DNA of 61,430 bases, the filler included, from Choristocarpus tenellus KU-1152 (Eukaryota > Protista > Phaeophyceae), in NCBI GenBank assembly GCA_964200185.2. It is 7 parts of 7 records of this genome, joined end to end, with 100 filler letters (N's around TTAATTAATTAA, not from the genome) between each part and the next. Parts side by side here need not be neighbours in the genome. Positions count along the whole stretch, not along the records: positions 1 to 5,837 come from CAXNAD020009637.1; positions 5,938 to 12,616 come from CAXNAD020007582.1; positions 12,717 to 21,153 come from CAXNAD020004713.1; 4 more parts are not named here. One strand, given 5' to 3'. Positions within the stretch are counted from its first letter, which is position 1; the number at the start of each line of letters is the position of its first letter. A program made the translations under genes and the position numbers. Positions 1 through 13,333 of the stretch are shown here, one piece after another. The notes below the pieces were generated by a model. It did no database searches, was not told where the DNA came from, and was given only the letters and a program-made list of their open reading frames with translations.

Positions 1-2332
1 GAAAATGTCATAAAAGAACCTATGGAAAGCCAAGCCCCAAGTGGACAAACAGGGCAAAACTCGTGCCCTCTAAGATACTTTCACTCATCATCTCTGAGTA
101 ATGTGTGGCAAGTGATAATAAATAATAGTACTAACATCTCCACATGACAACCACAACGGATTGTACTCCAACAGTGCTAGCTTAATATCCGAATGTTCAG
201 AGGCGGAGTACTCGAAGAAGTTATGTCTTATGGCTGTATGATGTAGGCACTCCGCCAGGCTTATTATCTGTACCTCCACCGACATGATCATAATTTCCTC
301 CTCCACTAAATCGGTTTCTACAAACGGGAACCCTCAATCATGACCTATCCTACAAAAAAGCTCTTATGAAGACTGGGTTTGAGAGTATGGAGGCAATGAT
401 GCACTACTAGCCGAGGCTCCTATTCGCTGGCTCAGTTATTCGCATGGATGATGGGTGACTTCCCAGATGTTGACGTTTGGAGAGCTTAAAAATGGCAAAT
501 GGAAGCAAGGTGGACATTTCTCCATAACGACCTTGACCTGTTTAGGATTGAAGTTGAAGGTTGAACCACGAGAGTCACCAACCATTTTTTTGTTATAGGG
601 GTGATATAAGTGTGTGACTAACCGCACAGTGAGTTTTTTTATGGCTAAATAGCATTCCAAGCAAGCTGTGATAGCTAATGTACCTCATGTCAAAGCAGCA
701 AGAAAGGTCGTCCAAGCCACCAACAACACTATCTCTGTCTGTTGTGCGCTGTATTCTTTGTGAGATTATTCCTTTGCATCCTTTCTTCGTCTATTTCTTC
801 TCTTCCCCTTGCGTTTTTTGGGTGATGGTGATCATGTTTTTCTTTTTGTATGTATTTTATTTTTTTATTTTTTTGTGTCCTTGTTTTTTCTCAAGCAATG
901 TATATTGGGCTTTTTTGGACTAATTTCTATACCACGAGTTTGCAATCCTTCAAACTAATGTGATGATAATAATAATAATAATAACTAGTTGTATCCTGGC
1001 TGTACTATGTGACAAAATCCCGGACGAAGATCAAGGTGGAGACATTGGGGGTGGGTCCAGCAGAAGATTTCAGGGAAGAGACAGAGTGATAAACGGTGGG
1101 AGTGCTGAACCTAAAGTGCGAGAAGCAAGTCAGAAACGGCGGCAGGACAACTAGTCGTAGAGCAGCAAGTCAGGAGTTAGTGCGAGGAAGCAGCACATCG
1201 TGTAGTGCCTCTTTTGACCATGGGTAGGGACAATCACCAACTAATGTGGCTCAAAATAGTAATAAGGCAATAAAATCAAGATGGGTCGTGTCCACCTGGT
1301 AAAATGGGTTGGGTGGCCCTTCAAATTGTCCACACGAATATGTGTATGGGAATAAATACATTTCAACTCCCCCTGAACCTACGTGTTCGCACTCCCCCAA
1401 TCATAATACGACCAACTGAGAAGTCACTGGACCTTATTTGTTAGTAATCGTTACATTCTCTGCCTTCTATGTCCCTTTTTCCCCACCATATCATTTTTTT
1501 TTTTACAAATGATTGCGAAGTAGCAAACAAAGAGATTGACTCAGGTGGACCTTACCACTCACATAGACCACATACATGAAATAAATTTCACTTGTGGGAC
1601 TTTTTCGGATACTGCACCCCACTCATGTTTGTATGGTCAATTTATTCCAACTACAACCCTAAACCTAAACTGAAAAAACCTATTATCGTCACACTCACTA
1701 CAGTTTTTAGGACCTGCATTAAGTTTATGAGGATGTTCAGGTTTGTATAGGTGTTTAAGACGTGTGTCTTGTGGTTTCATCACTTCTTCTGTACTGCGTT
1801 TAGTAATAAGTAGAGTAGTAAGTAAAGTAGTAACTGCATGTTACATCTTTATTGACACTAAAAGATACGTGAGCATACGTCATTCTATAAGTACGTGTTC
1901 CCATAACAACATTTGAAAAAATCTCAGTTGCATCTATAAAAAAAATGTGTAAAGGTACATGTGCAAGTATATACGGTTGTGGTTAAGATTGATACGGTAA
2001 TTGCATTTCTCATTAACTTCTATCAATATAATATTATTGATTAAACTTGGGAGAGCTCAACAATCACCATGAGTTGGTTAAACTCTGGAAGGTGGGTGGT
2101 GACTTCTTGTACTTCCCAACGCCTCTCATCAAAACAACCCGCTTACCTCATTGTAAAAGCGAAAAGCCCTTCAACAGGGGGTGTACACGCGAAGGAGCAC
2201 TCCCATCGAGTAAGGAAGGTATAGTAGCGTCAAAATTGTAGGGGAAGTTGTTCGACTTCAGCCTTGTGTGGAGTAAAAACGCAGGTTGACGTTGAGTACT
2301 CAATCAGGAATCAAGACTCGCGTACGTGACTC

Positions 2333-5300
2333 ATGCTCGCTGGGGTTGGAAGGGCCTTTGTAAGGCGGACCGCTCCTGTAGGTCGAAGCCATGTGGCCTC
2401 ACAGCGACGACACGTTGCCGCCGGTGGAAACCACGAGATATGGCGGGAGCAGAGCGATACGACGGACAACACGCCTAAGGTGAAGCGCAGGGATGGCACT
2501 TTTGCTGAGATCGACAAGACTCGGGGTTTCATCGATTACCACCGCAATCCAGACCCTTACCGTGATCCGATTGAGCGTGTCTTCGATTGGGAGGAGATCA
2601 ATGCAGACGGACACAATGCGGTCGAGCGCACGGTACAAGCGGCGCGGTGCATGGACTGTGGGACACCCTTTTGCCAGACGCACACTGGCTGCCCCGTCAA
2701 CAATCTCATCCCGGAGTGGAATGAGCTTGTCTTTAAAGGGGCTTGGCGGGATGCGATTGATAACCTACACAAGGTGAGGGTACGGATGTAGTTTCTCGCT
2801 CTCTGTGGGTGGATGGGTGGGGAAGAGAGTCTGCCAGAGTGATCTAAGCTCAACTCAATGTACCACGTTCTGTGGATCCGACTTCGTCCACTCCCCTGCC
2901 GCTCTTGGCTCCCTAGCATTGCTTTTTCTTTTACCTGTGAGTGAAATCAGTTTTGTTTAGTACATTCCTTTGGCTCCACAATTGTTCGTTAAATGCCCTG
3001 AAACATTGTGAACCCTTGACAAGGTGTGTCTGCAATTACCTCAAAGAATTACATACACCAAGTTTGATATGTTAACTTATCAATGACCTTGTTTGACCTA
3101 TATGTGCGGCTATGGGCACACTCTTATCTTATCTAAAATTTGTTAATGTTTCTTTGGGCATATTAACAGGACACAACTCTCTTCCCGACGTCAACTTCTG
3201 AACATCAAGCCTTGGTGCTTGGTATTTTTTTCCACCTAAATAGAGCGCTTTGAAGTTCACACCTCTTACCTCTCTGCCACCCTTTCTTGTTCTTCTCGCA
3301 AAGACAAACAATTTCCCCGAGTTCACCGGACGGGTCTGCCCAGCCCCGTGCGAAGGCGCATGTGTCGCAGGCCTCATTGATTCGCCGATCACCATCAAGA
3401 ATATTGAATACTCCATAATCGAAAGGGCATTTGATGAGGGATGGGTTACGCCTCGCATACCTACCAGACGCACCGGCATGAACGTTGCGGTGGTGGGATC
3501 TGGCCCTGCTGGACTTGCCACGGCAGACTGCCTTAACCAGCGTGGTCACAAGGTGACTTGATATCATAATATGTACCTGTATTCATGCTCTATGGTGCAG
3601 CTGTAGGGCATAGTGCCTTGGTGTTTGTTCGTGTTTGCCATACCTTTGTCCTCGGCACAAGCTGTGTGTCTGTTGTCTGTATTGATACTCTACTGGTTGG
3701 CAGATGCTAAGACGTGTTGTCACTGTGCCAAAAAAAGTGTTTTCAACATGTCCTTGATTGGCAGATGCTCATGAACCGTTGGGCTCGACTTTTTACTGTT
3801 TTGAGTATCATCCCCATGATGGGCATGCAGACCTCCAATGGTTTTAACCCCACAAACCGTTTGTTTCTTGCTACTTCTTTTGTTGACCTTGTCTTGCGAT
3901 CTCCTTCTGTTGAAGGTCACTGTCTATGAACGAGCTGACCGAGTGGGGGGTCTACTGATGTATGGCATCCCTAACATGAAGCTGGACAAGGACACTGTCC
4001 AGCGCAGGGTAGACCTTCTAGCTGAAGAGGGCATTGAGTTTGTCACTGGTGCTAATATCGGTGTGGATATCGATGTGAACGATGTTCGGGCTGCAAATGA
4101 TGCCCTTGTGCTCACTGTGGGAGCCACCAAGCCGCGCGACCTTCCTGTCCCAGGGCGAGATGTGAGGAACCAGAATAACACTATTTCTGCTTTGGTAGGG
4201 GAAAGTGGGGAATTGAGCCTCTCTCCTGTGATGTTGAGGTCACGTTTTAACGCCTGTACACTATGGCAGGATGGTATGACCGTCTTCTGTGCTCTGCATT
4301 TAAAACTTGTGTGCTGGGGTAGTCAAAGTCGACGAAATGTTCATGTTGAAATGAATTCATGATGTGTTTTCACATTGAACCCGACATTTCTTTCCTCCCC
4401 CTCCCCCAAACCCATGTTTTTGCTCCCCTTGCCTGTCTCTCTCAGTTGAAGGGAATACACTTTGCAATGGAGTTCCTGACCAAGAACCAGAAACGCCTGC
4501 TCATGACTGGGGATGGCAAGCTGGAGAGGAACTGGGACCAGGGATTCATCACTGCGGAGGGGAAGGATGTTATAGTGATAGGGGTAAGCTCTTTTGTTTG
4601 ATAACTGTGTTTGTCAATTTATTTCTGCCTTTTCCTTTTTCCAGTCTCAAGATTTTGTGCTAAGAAAATTGAACTGTAGGTTCTGCTTTTGATGTCTTTC
4701 AAGGCTGTTCGCTTTATCCTACTTGATAGTTTGTGGTGTATTTGTCTGTTCTTGTCTGCTGCATGATGATGGAAATGGGTTACAACCTCTGGTTGTTTGG
4801 ACACGATGGTTTCAAGCTTTCCATTTTATCCTGGTCTTTTGCTAGACTTGGTGGTAGCAGAAATATCAATATATAGGGTGGTATTTGCTGGCTTTCCTGA
4901 AAGCCTACAAATATCGTGTTTGTGATTGTATGCTGTGGAAGTAAGTCTAGAACTTTCTGAGGATTGGAGCGTTTTGCAATCAATTTTAATATACTTCGTA
5001 GGTGTGTCACATAGGAATAAAAAATGCGCGTTTTTTGTTGTTGTGTATATGCAGTGGTCTTGAGCTGGAGTTGCAGAGAAGTGGCATGGCATTTCTTATC
5101 TCGACAAGAGTCGTACACCTTGCCGCAGTAGTGTTCACGAAGGCGTTACTCACCAACTTACATCTAACCATTTCATCATCCCCTTGTTGGGCATTTGGGG
5201 GACTGTTTACCAGGGTGGTGATACAGGAACAGACTGCATAGGTACATCGATGAGGCACCGGTGCAGGTCCATGGCGAACTTCGAACTTCTCCCCAAGCCT

Positions 5301-5375
5301 CCAGCGGAGCGTGCTAAGAACAACCCGTGGCCTCAGTGGCCCAAGGTCTTTGGCGTTGACTATGGTCATGGAGAG
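2333..5375 (+). CDS. gltD: Glutamate synthase (NAD(P)H-GOGAT) small/beta subunit, 5' part; exons 2333-2773, 3304-3552, 3916-4161, 4446-4583, 5214-5375; 3' end lost at contig break
   Basis: GT-AG exons join in frame. They give the Fe-S motifs [16 protein letters not shown] and [19 protein letters not shown], the FAD motif [24 protein letters not shown], and VIG|GGDTGTDC across an intron. An in-frame TGA lies just upstream of the ATG, and the N-terminus is Arg/Ala/Ser-rich. Confidence 0.95.
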
Positions 5376-5837
5376 GTACACCCTTAGTGTGTATAGTATA
5401 TATGTTTTTTGTTGTTGTTGACACCTAAGTACTAGGTAACATTATAGAGCGGCTTGGAATGGGTTGTTGTGTTGTTGTAATGTGAGGTATGTGAGGTATG
5501 TGAGGTGAGGGGTTCTGTTGACTGAGTTGTTTAGAGCTTTGCTAACGAACGAATGGAATGAGGGTACTCGAAAAGTAGCAACAGGTGAAGCTTTTTGCTT
5601 GCGGTTGAGGGTGTCACAGGTTTGCTCATGATGCCTTGGAGGGGTATGGAATTTGGATGTCAGTAAGAATTTGTTTCTGTTGTTGCATATTCGAGAAATG
5701 TTTTGTAGAGAGCGATGCGTGAATTGTGTAATTAGAAGGATGTGGGATGTGCAGGGAGAAGAGTATAGAGCCTGAATGTATGTATGGGGGGGGGGGTTAG
5801 ATGCATCTTATTTTCACAAGAAGCACTCAGTCTGGCA

Positions 5838-5937
5838 NNNNNNNNNNNNNNNNNNNNNNNNNNNNNNNNNNNNNNNNNNNNTTAATTAATTAANNNNNNN
5901 NNNNNNNNNNNNNNNNNNNNNNNNNNNNNNNNNNNNN
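5838..5937. other. Artificial contig spacer (N-run with TTAATTAATTAA)
   Basis: 100-nt N block with a central six-frame stop linker, identical to five other spacers. Confidence 0.97.
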
Positions 5938-6326
5938 GTGTAACTGTCACAAACATTTTTTTTTTTTTTTCTGACGTGTTTGATGACGAATGAATTAGAT
6001 GACAAAGGAGAACACCACCCCCCCCACCTTGAGGATAGTGCTCACTCCGCTAGTAAACATATCCATACCACACAAAGCAAATACTCTACTTGAGTAGCTC
6101 TCTTTTGCATATTTTCATATCCACCGCAATATAGACGTTCCTTTCACGGTGCAAATCACCCTATCCCCAAACACGCATCATCCGCGGCTAAGCACTCAAC
6201 AGCCTGCTCGTTCGCTAAACACCTGTAGCATCGCTTGTTTCATCTTCATCCCTACCTCACCATCCTCAACACCCAACAGTGCGAAACATATCACCTGCAC
6301 ACTTTACTGAAATCCATTCCCACAAT

Positions 6327-6631
6327 CTCCTCTCATTCGATGACATGTTTCCCAAAATCGTACATCGCATGAAGGACTACGAGCAAACTCCTCTCGTTCG
6401 ACGACATGTTTCCCAAAATCGTACATCGCATGAAGGACTACGATCAAACTCCTCTCGTTCGACGACATGTTTCCCAAAATCGTACATCGCATGAAGGACT
6501 ACGAGCAAACTCCTCTCATTCGATGACATGTTTCCCAAAATCGTACGTCGCATGAAGGACTACGAGCAAACTCCTCTCGTTCGACGACATGTTTCCCAAA
6601 ATCGTACATCGCATGAAGGACTACGAGCAAA
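6327..6631 (+). repeat. Tandem repeat, 61-bp unit x5
   Basis: Unit CTCCTCTC(A/G)TTCGA(T/C)GACATGTTTCCCAAAATCGTACATCGCATGAAGGACTACGAGCAAA starts at 6327, 6388, 6449, 6510 and 6571. Confidence 0.95.
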
Positions 6632-6650
6632 CCTACCTGCCTGCGAAGAG

Positions 6651-9600
6651 ATGAACCATCGGACTGCACAAATTGGTTACATTGAACTATGTGCGATCAA
6701 AACAACTTACATGGCCACCACGAGATTTCTCTCCCAGGACTATAATGCAAATCTACTTCATGACGCCAGAGTTGCAGCTATGTTCCAAAAAGTGTCGAGG
6801 GATCCCAAAAAGGCAGCGGAGGTGATATGGGGAATCCTAGCTTCGCAGTCTTTCACCATGTGCTCCCGCTGGAAGACCGCGGCCAAGATAAGGGAGTACA
6901 TGTTGGAGCACGGGTTTTCGGCGAGTCTCTCCATCAATGCTCTTGTCAAAACCTACATCGCCCGTGGATTCATCAAGAAGGACAAGATGGGGAACAAACG
7001 GAACCCTTCGGACTGTGACGATATATTCTATTGCCTAAATGGGCAGCATCAGTTAACCCTCCTCTCAGGATACGGAACAACGTACAGCAGGAGCGCAGCT
7101 TACCGATAATGATAAGCCTTCCCGACTTCGTCGACCAGGCTTGGGCCACTGCAATAATCACAAGTCTGCAAGAGCGCGGCTCCCACCTTTGGTGGCACAT
7201 TTATCCACGTTGCAATAGGGAGAGGGCGGAGTCCATCTCCATCGGGTGTAGCGTAGAATCGAGCAAGTCCGATGTCCCCAACGTGGTGGACGTTTTTCCC
7301 AGGATAGTGTCATGGTTGCAGGTGATGAAGGACTTCCGGACAGAATTTGGAAGGGTCTAGCCCCTCCCATGCACCCCGGCGGATGTTGAAAACGACAGCA
7401 AGAACACTAGGCGCAACACACTGGTCAGGTTTTGTATCCAGTACTCCCTGGGTAAGCTGGACTTCGAGGATAGCGACGCCGCCTTCAAGGTAGCGGTGAA
7501 AAACGTTGTGGCGGCAAAGATAATGGCATTCCTGAAGGAGGCATGGGTTGACACCAACCTGAAGAGTGGCCTGAACACTGCCAGCCAAGGAACAGCGAAC
7601 CAGTTCTACAACGCCATCGCGTCTCTGGCCCAGATGTGTGCAGATGAAGGTAAGGCTACACGCACTTATGAATTTGGGATTTGTATTATGGTCGACACGA
7701 ACAACCCCAACATTTTATTCTAACCGTATGAATCCCTCATTCTCCGACCCCGTCACTCTGCAATCAGGAACTGATGAATTCGAGAAAGTTTTGTGCGGTG
7801 TGTGGCAGGAACACCAGAGCAGGGAGACAAACGATGTAAGTGCGGTACACATCCAAGTATGTCAGTAACAACACTCGAGTATGCAATGTGAACAACGCAC
7901 CATCGATGAACCCACCATCGCACATGCCGAATGAAAAAAACTCCTCCCAAATTGATCACAACCCAAAATTCTTTTGACTGAATTTGCCATTCACCCAACT
8001 GTGGCTATCCAAGTCAGTTTCGCTTTCCGTAGTTGGAAGACAAATCTTGATAGGTCGTTTATTTTTGTGATATGTGGACTTCGTACCTCGATACAAATAG
8101 TTGGGCAGACACGTTGATGCTCTATGATATGACGAACTCCATTTGCACCCTCAGAATATGTAACATCTCTGTCCTTGCCCTCTCCTCGACAATGTTGCGT
8201 AAATCGACACACAGGGTAAGTTCGATTTCAGGGCTGTACACACCTTTACTGTGCTCTGGGACGCGAACCGCGAGGCCGCCGTCAACTCCCTGAAGAACAG
8301 CGGCGGATTCAGCCACGGCTACAGGCAAACGGTAGGCGTGAAGAGTGTGTTGGTGTAGCATCAGGCACAAAAGTGGTTCTCATTTTGTGTGTCATTCCTC
8401 GTCACAAACTGCTAGCAGTTATTCATATAGACGAAGTAGGGCAAGAAATGTTTTATTGATACATATTTTCGATTGCAGAAATTGATCCTTTATGGGAATG
8501 AATTGCGCTTTTCTGCTTTAATCCATTTTTATGTTTCTTCCAGAGACCTCATCTAAGGCAAGGTTTGTTTCCGCAGCACGACCGGTCACGATCATGAGAA
8601 AGATCTCTTTCTATATACGTCAAGGTATTATCGATTCAGACACGAGGAAATCAAAAAGGCGTGGTCGATGACTAAGAATCTCTGTTGTAGACCTATCTCC
8701 TTGCGAGTAGTACAAATTCCAGTGTCCCGCCGATGTTGTCTATTCCGTACATAGTGCACATTAACATGTTTACGACAAAGTATCCGTGTTGTTCTCACAA
8801 TGAGTGGCGACTGCCACTGCCCTCACAAATTTTGTTTTCCGTGCCTCGCATCACATCGTGACGCCACCGTCCGCAAATACAACATGCTCGTCTCTCCTTG
8901 TGCGTAGCTCCAGAAGCAGACCAGGATGCAATACTTTGCACGAATGTGCACTGATGTTTTTTGTGTCAAAGGCCCTGACATTCTTGGAAAGGACACTCCG
9001 GGAGGCTATAAGTGGAAGGATATCGTGGAGGCAGCTGCTGGTGTGTTCGCGGAGAAGGCGGCAGAAAAGTCGCCAACTGACCTGCTCCCCCTGTCCTACG
9101 TGGTAGGAAAAGAAAGCTTTCCGGAAGAATGGGTAAGCCCCGAATCCGCGAGGATTCGTCATCCACCCCATGCACAGATGACGTTTGTACCTTGTACCCC
9201 CCAAGTATACAGACAATGAAGAACGAGCGAACATTCGTGTCTCCTGGTTATCGCACTTTTACGACATTGATATCACATTCTGTACTCCACAACATTACCT
9301 GATCATATGCCAAAGTACTTGCACAAAGACTAAAACGCTCACAACATCCTACTTCTGTCCTTGGCCACTCCGTATGCAAATCGCCTCCTGCAGTTCTCCA
9401 GAACATTGAAGGGTGTCCGGTCCAAGAAAGAGAACACCACTAAGACGAAGAAACCTTCCTCGAAAGGCAAGAAAAAATATAGCGAAGAAACTGTGAAGGA
9501 GGCCAGCACCTCCAGAGGTGACACAGATCAACTCCCCTTCATCTCCGAAATACAGAGAATTGCATACGCCAAGCGAATGCACATGAACGAGGTCTTCATC

Positions 9601-11431
9601 GAGCAGGTTGTTCTGGAGGTGGCGCGGTGCTGAAGATGAAGGAACTCAAGCTGCAAGATGAGCATGGAATCGACCCCACTGTGGCAGGGAATTCCAACCC
9701 TCCCTCTACCGAGGAGGATGCGAACGACCCATACATCCTATCGGAGGAGGTAATTTGTACCACGTTGACGGTTTACCCTCCCGACTTTCTCACATGAGAA
9801 CATCCTTTGGCAAACCTTCTTGTGCTCGTATCCGTATTCGGTAGGACTGTATGCAGGCAGATGTGTAAAGATGAACATATTTTCACTTCAAAAGTCCGCC
9901 CCACCCCTGTGTTTCAAAGGTGGGAAGGAGATTGCTCCTGAAAGGAGTTGAAAAGGGTGACGTCTTCGTAAAGATCGTGGAAGGCTCCAAGGGTGTTGCC
10001 CTCCCCCAAGGACTAGGAGGTGAAGTCAAGCGTGCCTAAATAAACGTTTCATTACATGATGATATCGGGAGCAGCGATAAAGGAGCAATGAGTCGTTTGT
10101 TTATTTGTTAGTGAAGAAGAACCGTCAGCTCTGAAATACGTTTTAGTCAAGAATGTCATAGTGTATTGACACGCAATCCCCTCTCCCGCATTATAAACTT
10201 AAAATTACATTTTAAGGTCAATTGCAAAATGCAATCTGCACAACGCATGACATTGATTCGATGGTGTTTTTCACACTTGCAGTGGTTAATGATATAGAAC
10301 CCATTCTCTTACTTTCTTTGGAGTTTGAACTGACACATGCACAGTTCTCGCCAGTTTCCCCCCCCCCACACACGTCTTGAAAACATCAAAGACAACCATA
10401 ACAATTTCGTGCAGAACAAGAACACAATTCGTAGACACTGGCCTCGGTTGTGCATGTTTCTCACTTCCACAAAAAAATGACTAACGAGTTCGCCTTAAGG
10501 ACCATTGTACGGATTTCAACACTGCAGGCTAGAAAAAAAATTCCAGTTACCCCAACCCAGACGACAACACACACAAGATACTCTGCCACCTCTACCCCTG
10601 ACATCCGTTCCCCACACCGTTCCAGATTCGAGGCGTGCCACCTGCGTTGTCATCGCGCCAGGCAAGACCCCCCATGGGGTCCATGACACGGACGATGTAT
10701 GGGCCAAGATGAAGAGTTCGTTCAACGATGGCTTGTCATCTCTGCTTGTGCGCCCGGGGGGGGTGGTCCACGCATTTGCCATTCTCTCGGGGAATTGTGA
10801 CCCCGACAAGGACGAACGCTTCGCACATGAGCTGACGAAATTGTGTCACAAGTTCTGGCCCGCCAAAGACTTTGCGCAAGAAAAGGACGGGGGACTTCGT
10901 GGCACTCCGGACGCGCCCGAGGGTGTCCGGGTCTCCCCTCTTGTAGTTAGGGCTGAGAATGACTCCGAAGATGACGACCTCGGACCCGCTCCTGTTGGGT
11001 GGGATGCCGTCGACTCTGACATGGAAGAAATGACGTTGCCACCCACAGGATGCCGGACGACTCCAACACGTAATATGGAATCAGTCCAGGATGACGAGAG
11101 CGATGACGGATCTTCAGTAAGTGGAGAGGATGGTGTCAAAGAGGTCGATGCATACTGTTGATCCCCCCCCGTTAAGCGATGGAAGTCTTCCGGGATGTTG
11201 TTGTTGTCAGGGATTCTGGGTCCACACAAGCTTCTGCTTCAATAAAAATCATTCTGACTCGCAAGGGGAAGCGTATGCCTGGGACTCCACCGGCAACCTT
11301 GCTGGACAATATATTCTCTCCGGTGCATGGCGGTGGGGAGGCATCTCATCCCAGAACACACCATCCGGATCCAAGGGGAGTGACATGGAATTGGCAGACA
11401 GTGAAGATGAACTGCCCATGTCGGAGGATGG
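6651..11431 (+). pseudogene. Decayed multi-exon gene(s) of unknown function, possibly cargo of a large mobile element
   Basis: GC-richer coding-like blocks at 6651-7650, ~7767-7835, ~8913-9132, ~9394-9750 and ~10530-11430, separated by short AT-richer gaps with GTAAG-type donors. A frame change near 7070 and an in-frame TAG at 7358-7360 interrupt it. Confidence 0.45.
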
Positions 11432-11746
11432 TAAGTTTAATATCAGAATGACAGATCGACTCCTTGAGACTTGCGCGCAGGAACTCCTACACTCGGCTAA
11501 CCTATCCTCATCGACATACTATCGTGCGCAAACCTGTGTCCTTCAACAGGTTATTCATGACTACGGCTTTAGGTCGATGCGGGCTGGCAAATCTGCAAAT
11601 CTTCTTGTCCTTGACGATCGCTGCTACGTGCACGTGGGAATCCAAGGATTTAGATTTTCTGTGATACCTTTGCCCTGATGACATGGCTTGTATGTTTAAG
11701 GATGGTTTTTGGTATTTTCCGCATAGAAAGATTCATGCATTAGGAT

Positions 11747-12040
11747 ATGAAGCAGATTCTTACTAGAGCAAAAGTCAGAACGGAAATATTTGTTCGTTTA
11801 TGTGATGGATGTGGTACATGGCCAGGAAAGATTGTGCACTTAGTGAAAGCTCATTATGACAACAAACAAGCTAGCAGGGAGTTTAACAATTTGTTAATAA
11901 TGCAATTTTTGGAACAATGTGTTTTTGAGCAATGCAAAGCAGATCTCTATGTGTTATGCAATGTAAGGGATGGCGTTGTTTGTGCCATGATAGCTCCCCA
12001 CGTTGATGATCTTGTGGTGGCCAGTATATTCGATGTTTGA
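11747..12040 (+). mobile_element. Degenerate Ty1/copia reverse transcriptase fragment
   Basis: Translation shows copia RT-like motifs: EIFVRLCDGCG..GKIVHLVKAHYDNKQASREFN (cf. K.LYGLKQA.R.W), FEQCKAD and HVDDLVVA. Confidence 0.8.
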
Positions 12041-12616
12041 TTTGGGTTCGCTCTAGGATTAAGGAGCAGTTTTCCATAGAACATTTTGGTGATCTTGAGT
12101 ACTACTACCTCCGTGCCATAAGTCTGTGCCGCGTTATCCATAACTTTTGAAAATGTTGATGAAATTAATTTCTGAAAGAAGATTTGGAATCCTTGACGAA
12201 TTTCTGGCTAGGATCAGCTCTTTGTATTATAATTACTCCCCATCCATTACAATTTTATCTGCCACAGAAAAAGCCTCCATGTTCACCTTTGGCGTGTTTT
12301 CAACCTCACCAGACAACTAACTGCCTCTTCCTTACCCCTGTGTGCTCCACCCTGAAGTCATTCCCCCCTTTTTATCTAATTTCTTGATTGTACACCACAA
12401 AAAGGAGCTGCCAAACCCTCTCAAGCATGGTTTCAACACACTCATACTGTTTCTTAATGATCTTCACCCTCTCCTCAATGGACCCAAACCACTCCCCCAT
12501 CACCCGGCATTTCAAAGACCTGAAGAAGCACAGGTCCATGATATGAGGTCGGGGGAGTCAGATGGCTGCGTCACAAGCCTAATCGACCACCCCTCAGTCT
12601 TCCCTGCCCCTGCCAA

Positions 12617-12716
12617 NNNNNNNNNNNNNNNNNNNNNNNNNNNNNNNNNNNNNNNNNNNNTTAATTAATTAANNNNNNNNNNNNNNNNNNNNNNNNNNNN
12701 NNNNNNNNNNNNNNNN
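12617..12716. other. Artificial contig spacer
   Basis: N-run with TTAATTAATTAA at 12661-12672. Confidence 0.97.
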
Positions 12717-13333
12717 CTTCTAAAAAACCTTTGGGTACTTTTTTTTTTTTTTTTTCGCAAAACAACCATCCTCATAGTCCCGCTCCATCCTCAATTTTGA
12801 GAATCTGCTGTTACATGTGTTTTTGATTGCCACAAAATGTGAGTGGGGGAGATTCTAAAAAGGGACCTCTTCATGACATACATATATCCCAATCCATCAG
12901 TTTAAACTCTTTGGAAGGTTCCAAGAATAGAAGGAGTTTAAAGATCACCACCAATTGAGAAAATATATGATACTTTATCACATCAAATATCTAAAATCTC
13001 GAATAGTGTTCGATGATTGACACACTAACATCCATTAAGATATTGAGAGAATAATATAGAAGCAAAACAAGGCAGAATAGAATACTGGGACAAATCATTT
13101 GAAGTATGATGAAATGGTACATGTTAATTATGTTCTTGATAATTTTTCTACTAATTCTTACACTACAACTTCAAGACAAAATTTCAAGACAAAATCGACC
13201 CCACCCATCAGCTCTCTATCAGTAGATTCTCACAACAAGGGAACGAAGATCATCGCCACAATAGTAGTAACCATTGACAACAAAGCCCTAGAAGATCGTC
13301 GTCGCCTGTAAAATCGTAGGAAAGGCTCAAGAT

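Noticed and set aside
990-1323. Possible solo LTR (TG...CA with AATAAA)
   Set aside because: No target-site duplication or second copy in the window.
5882-5893. TTAATTAATTAA as a biological motif or TSD
   Set aside because: It is always centred in an N-run and is a standard six-frame stop linker.
6327-6631. CRISPR-like array
   Set aside because: The units are contiguous with no unique spacers, the context is eukaryotic, and no cas genes are present.
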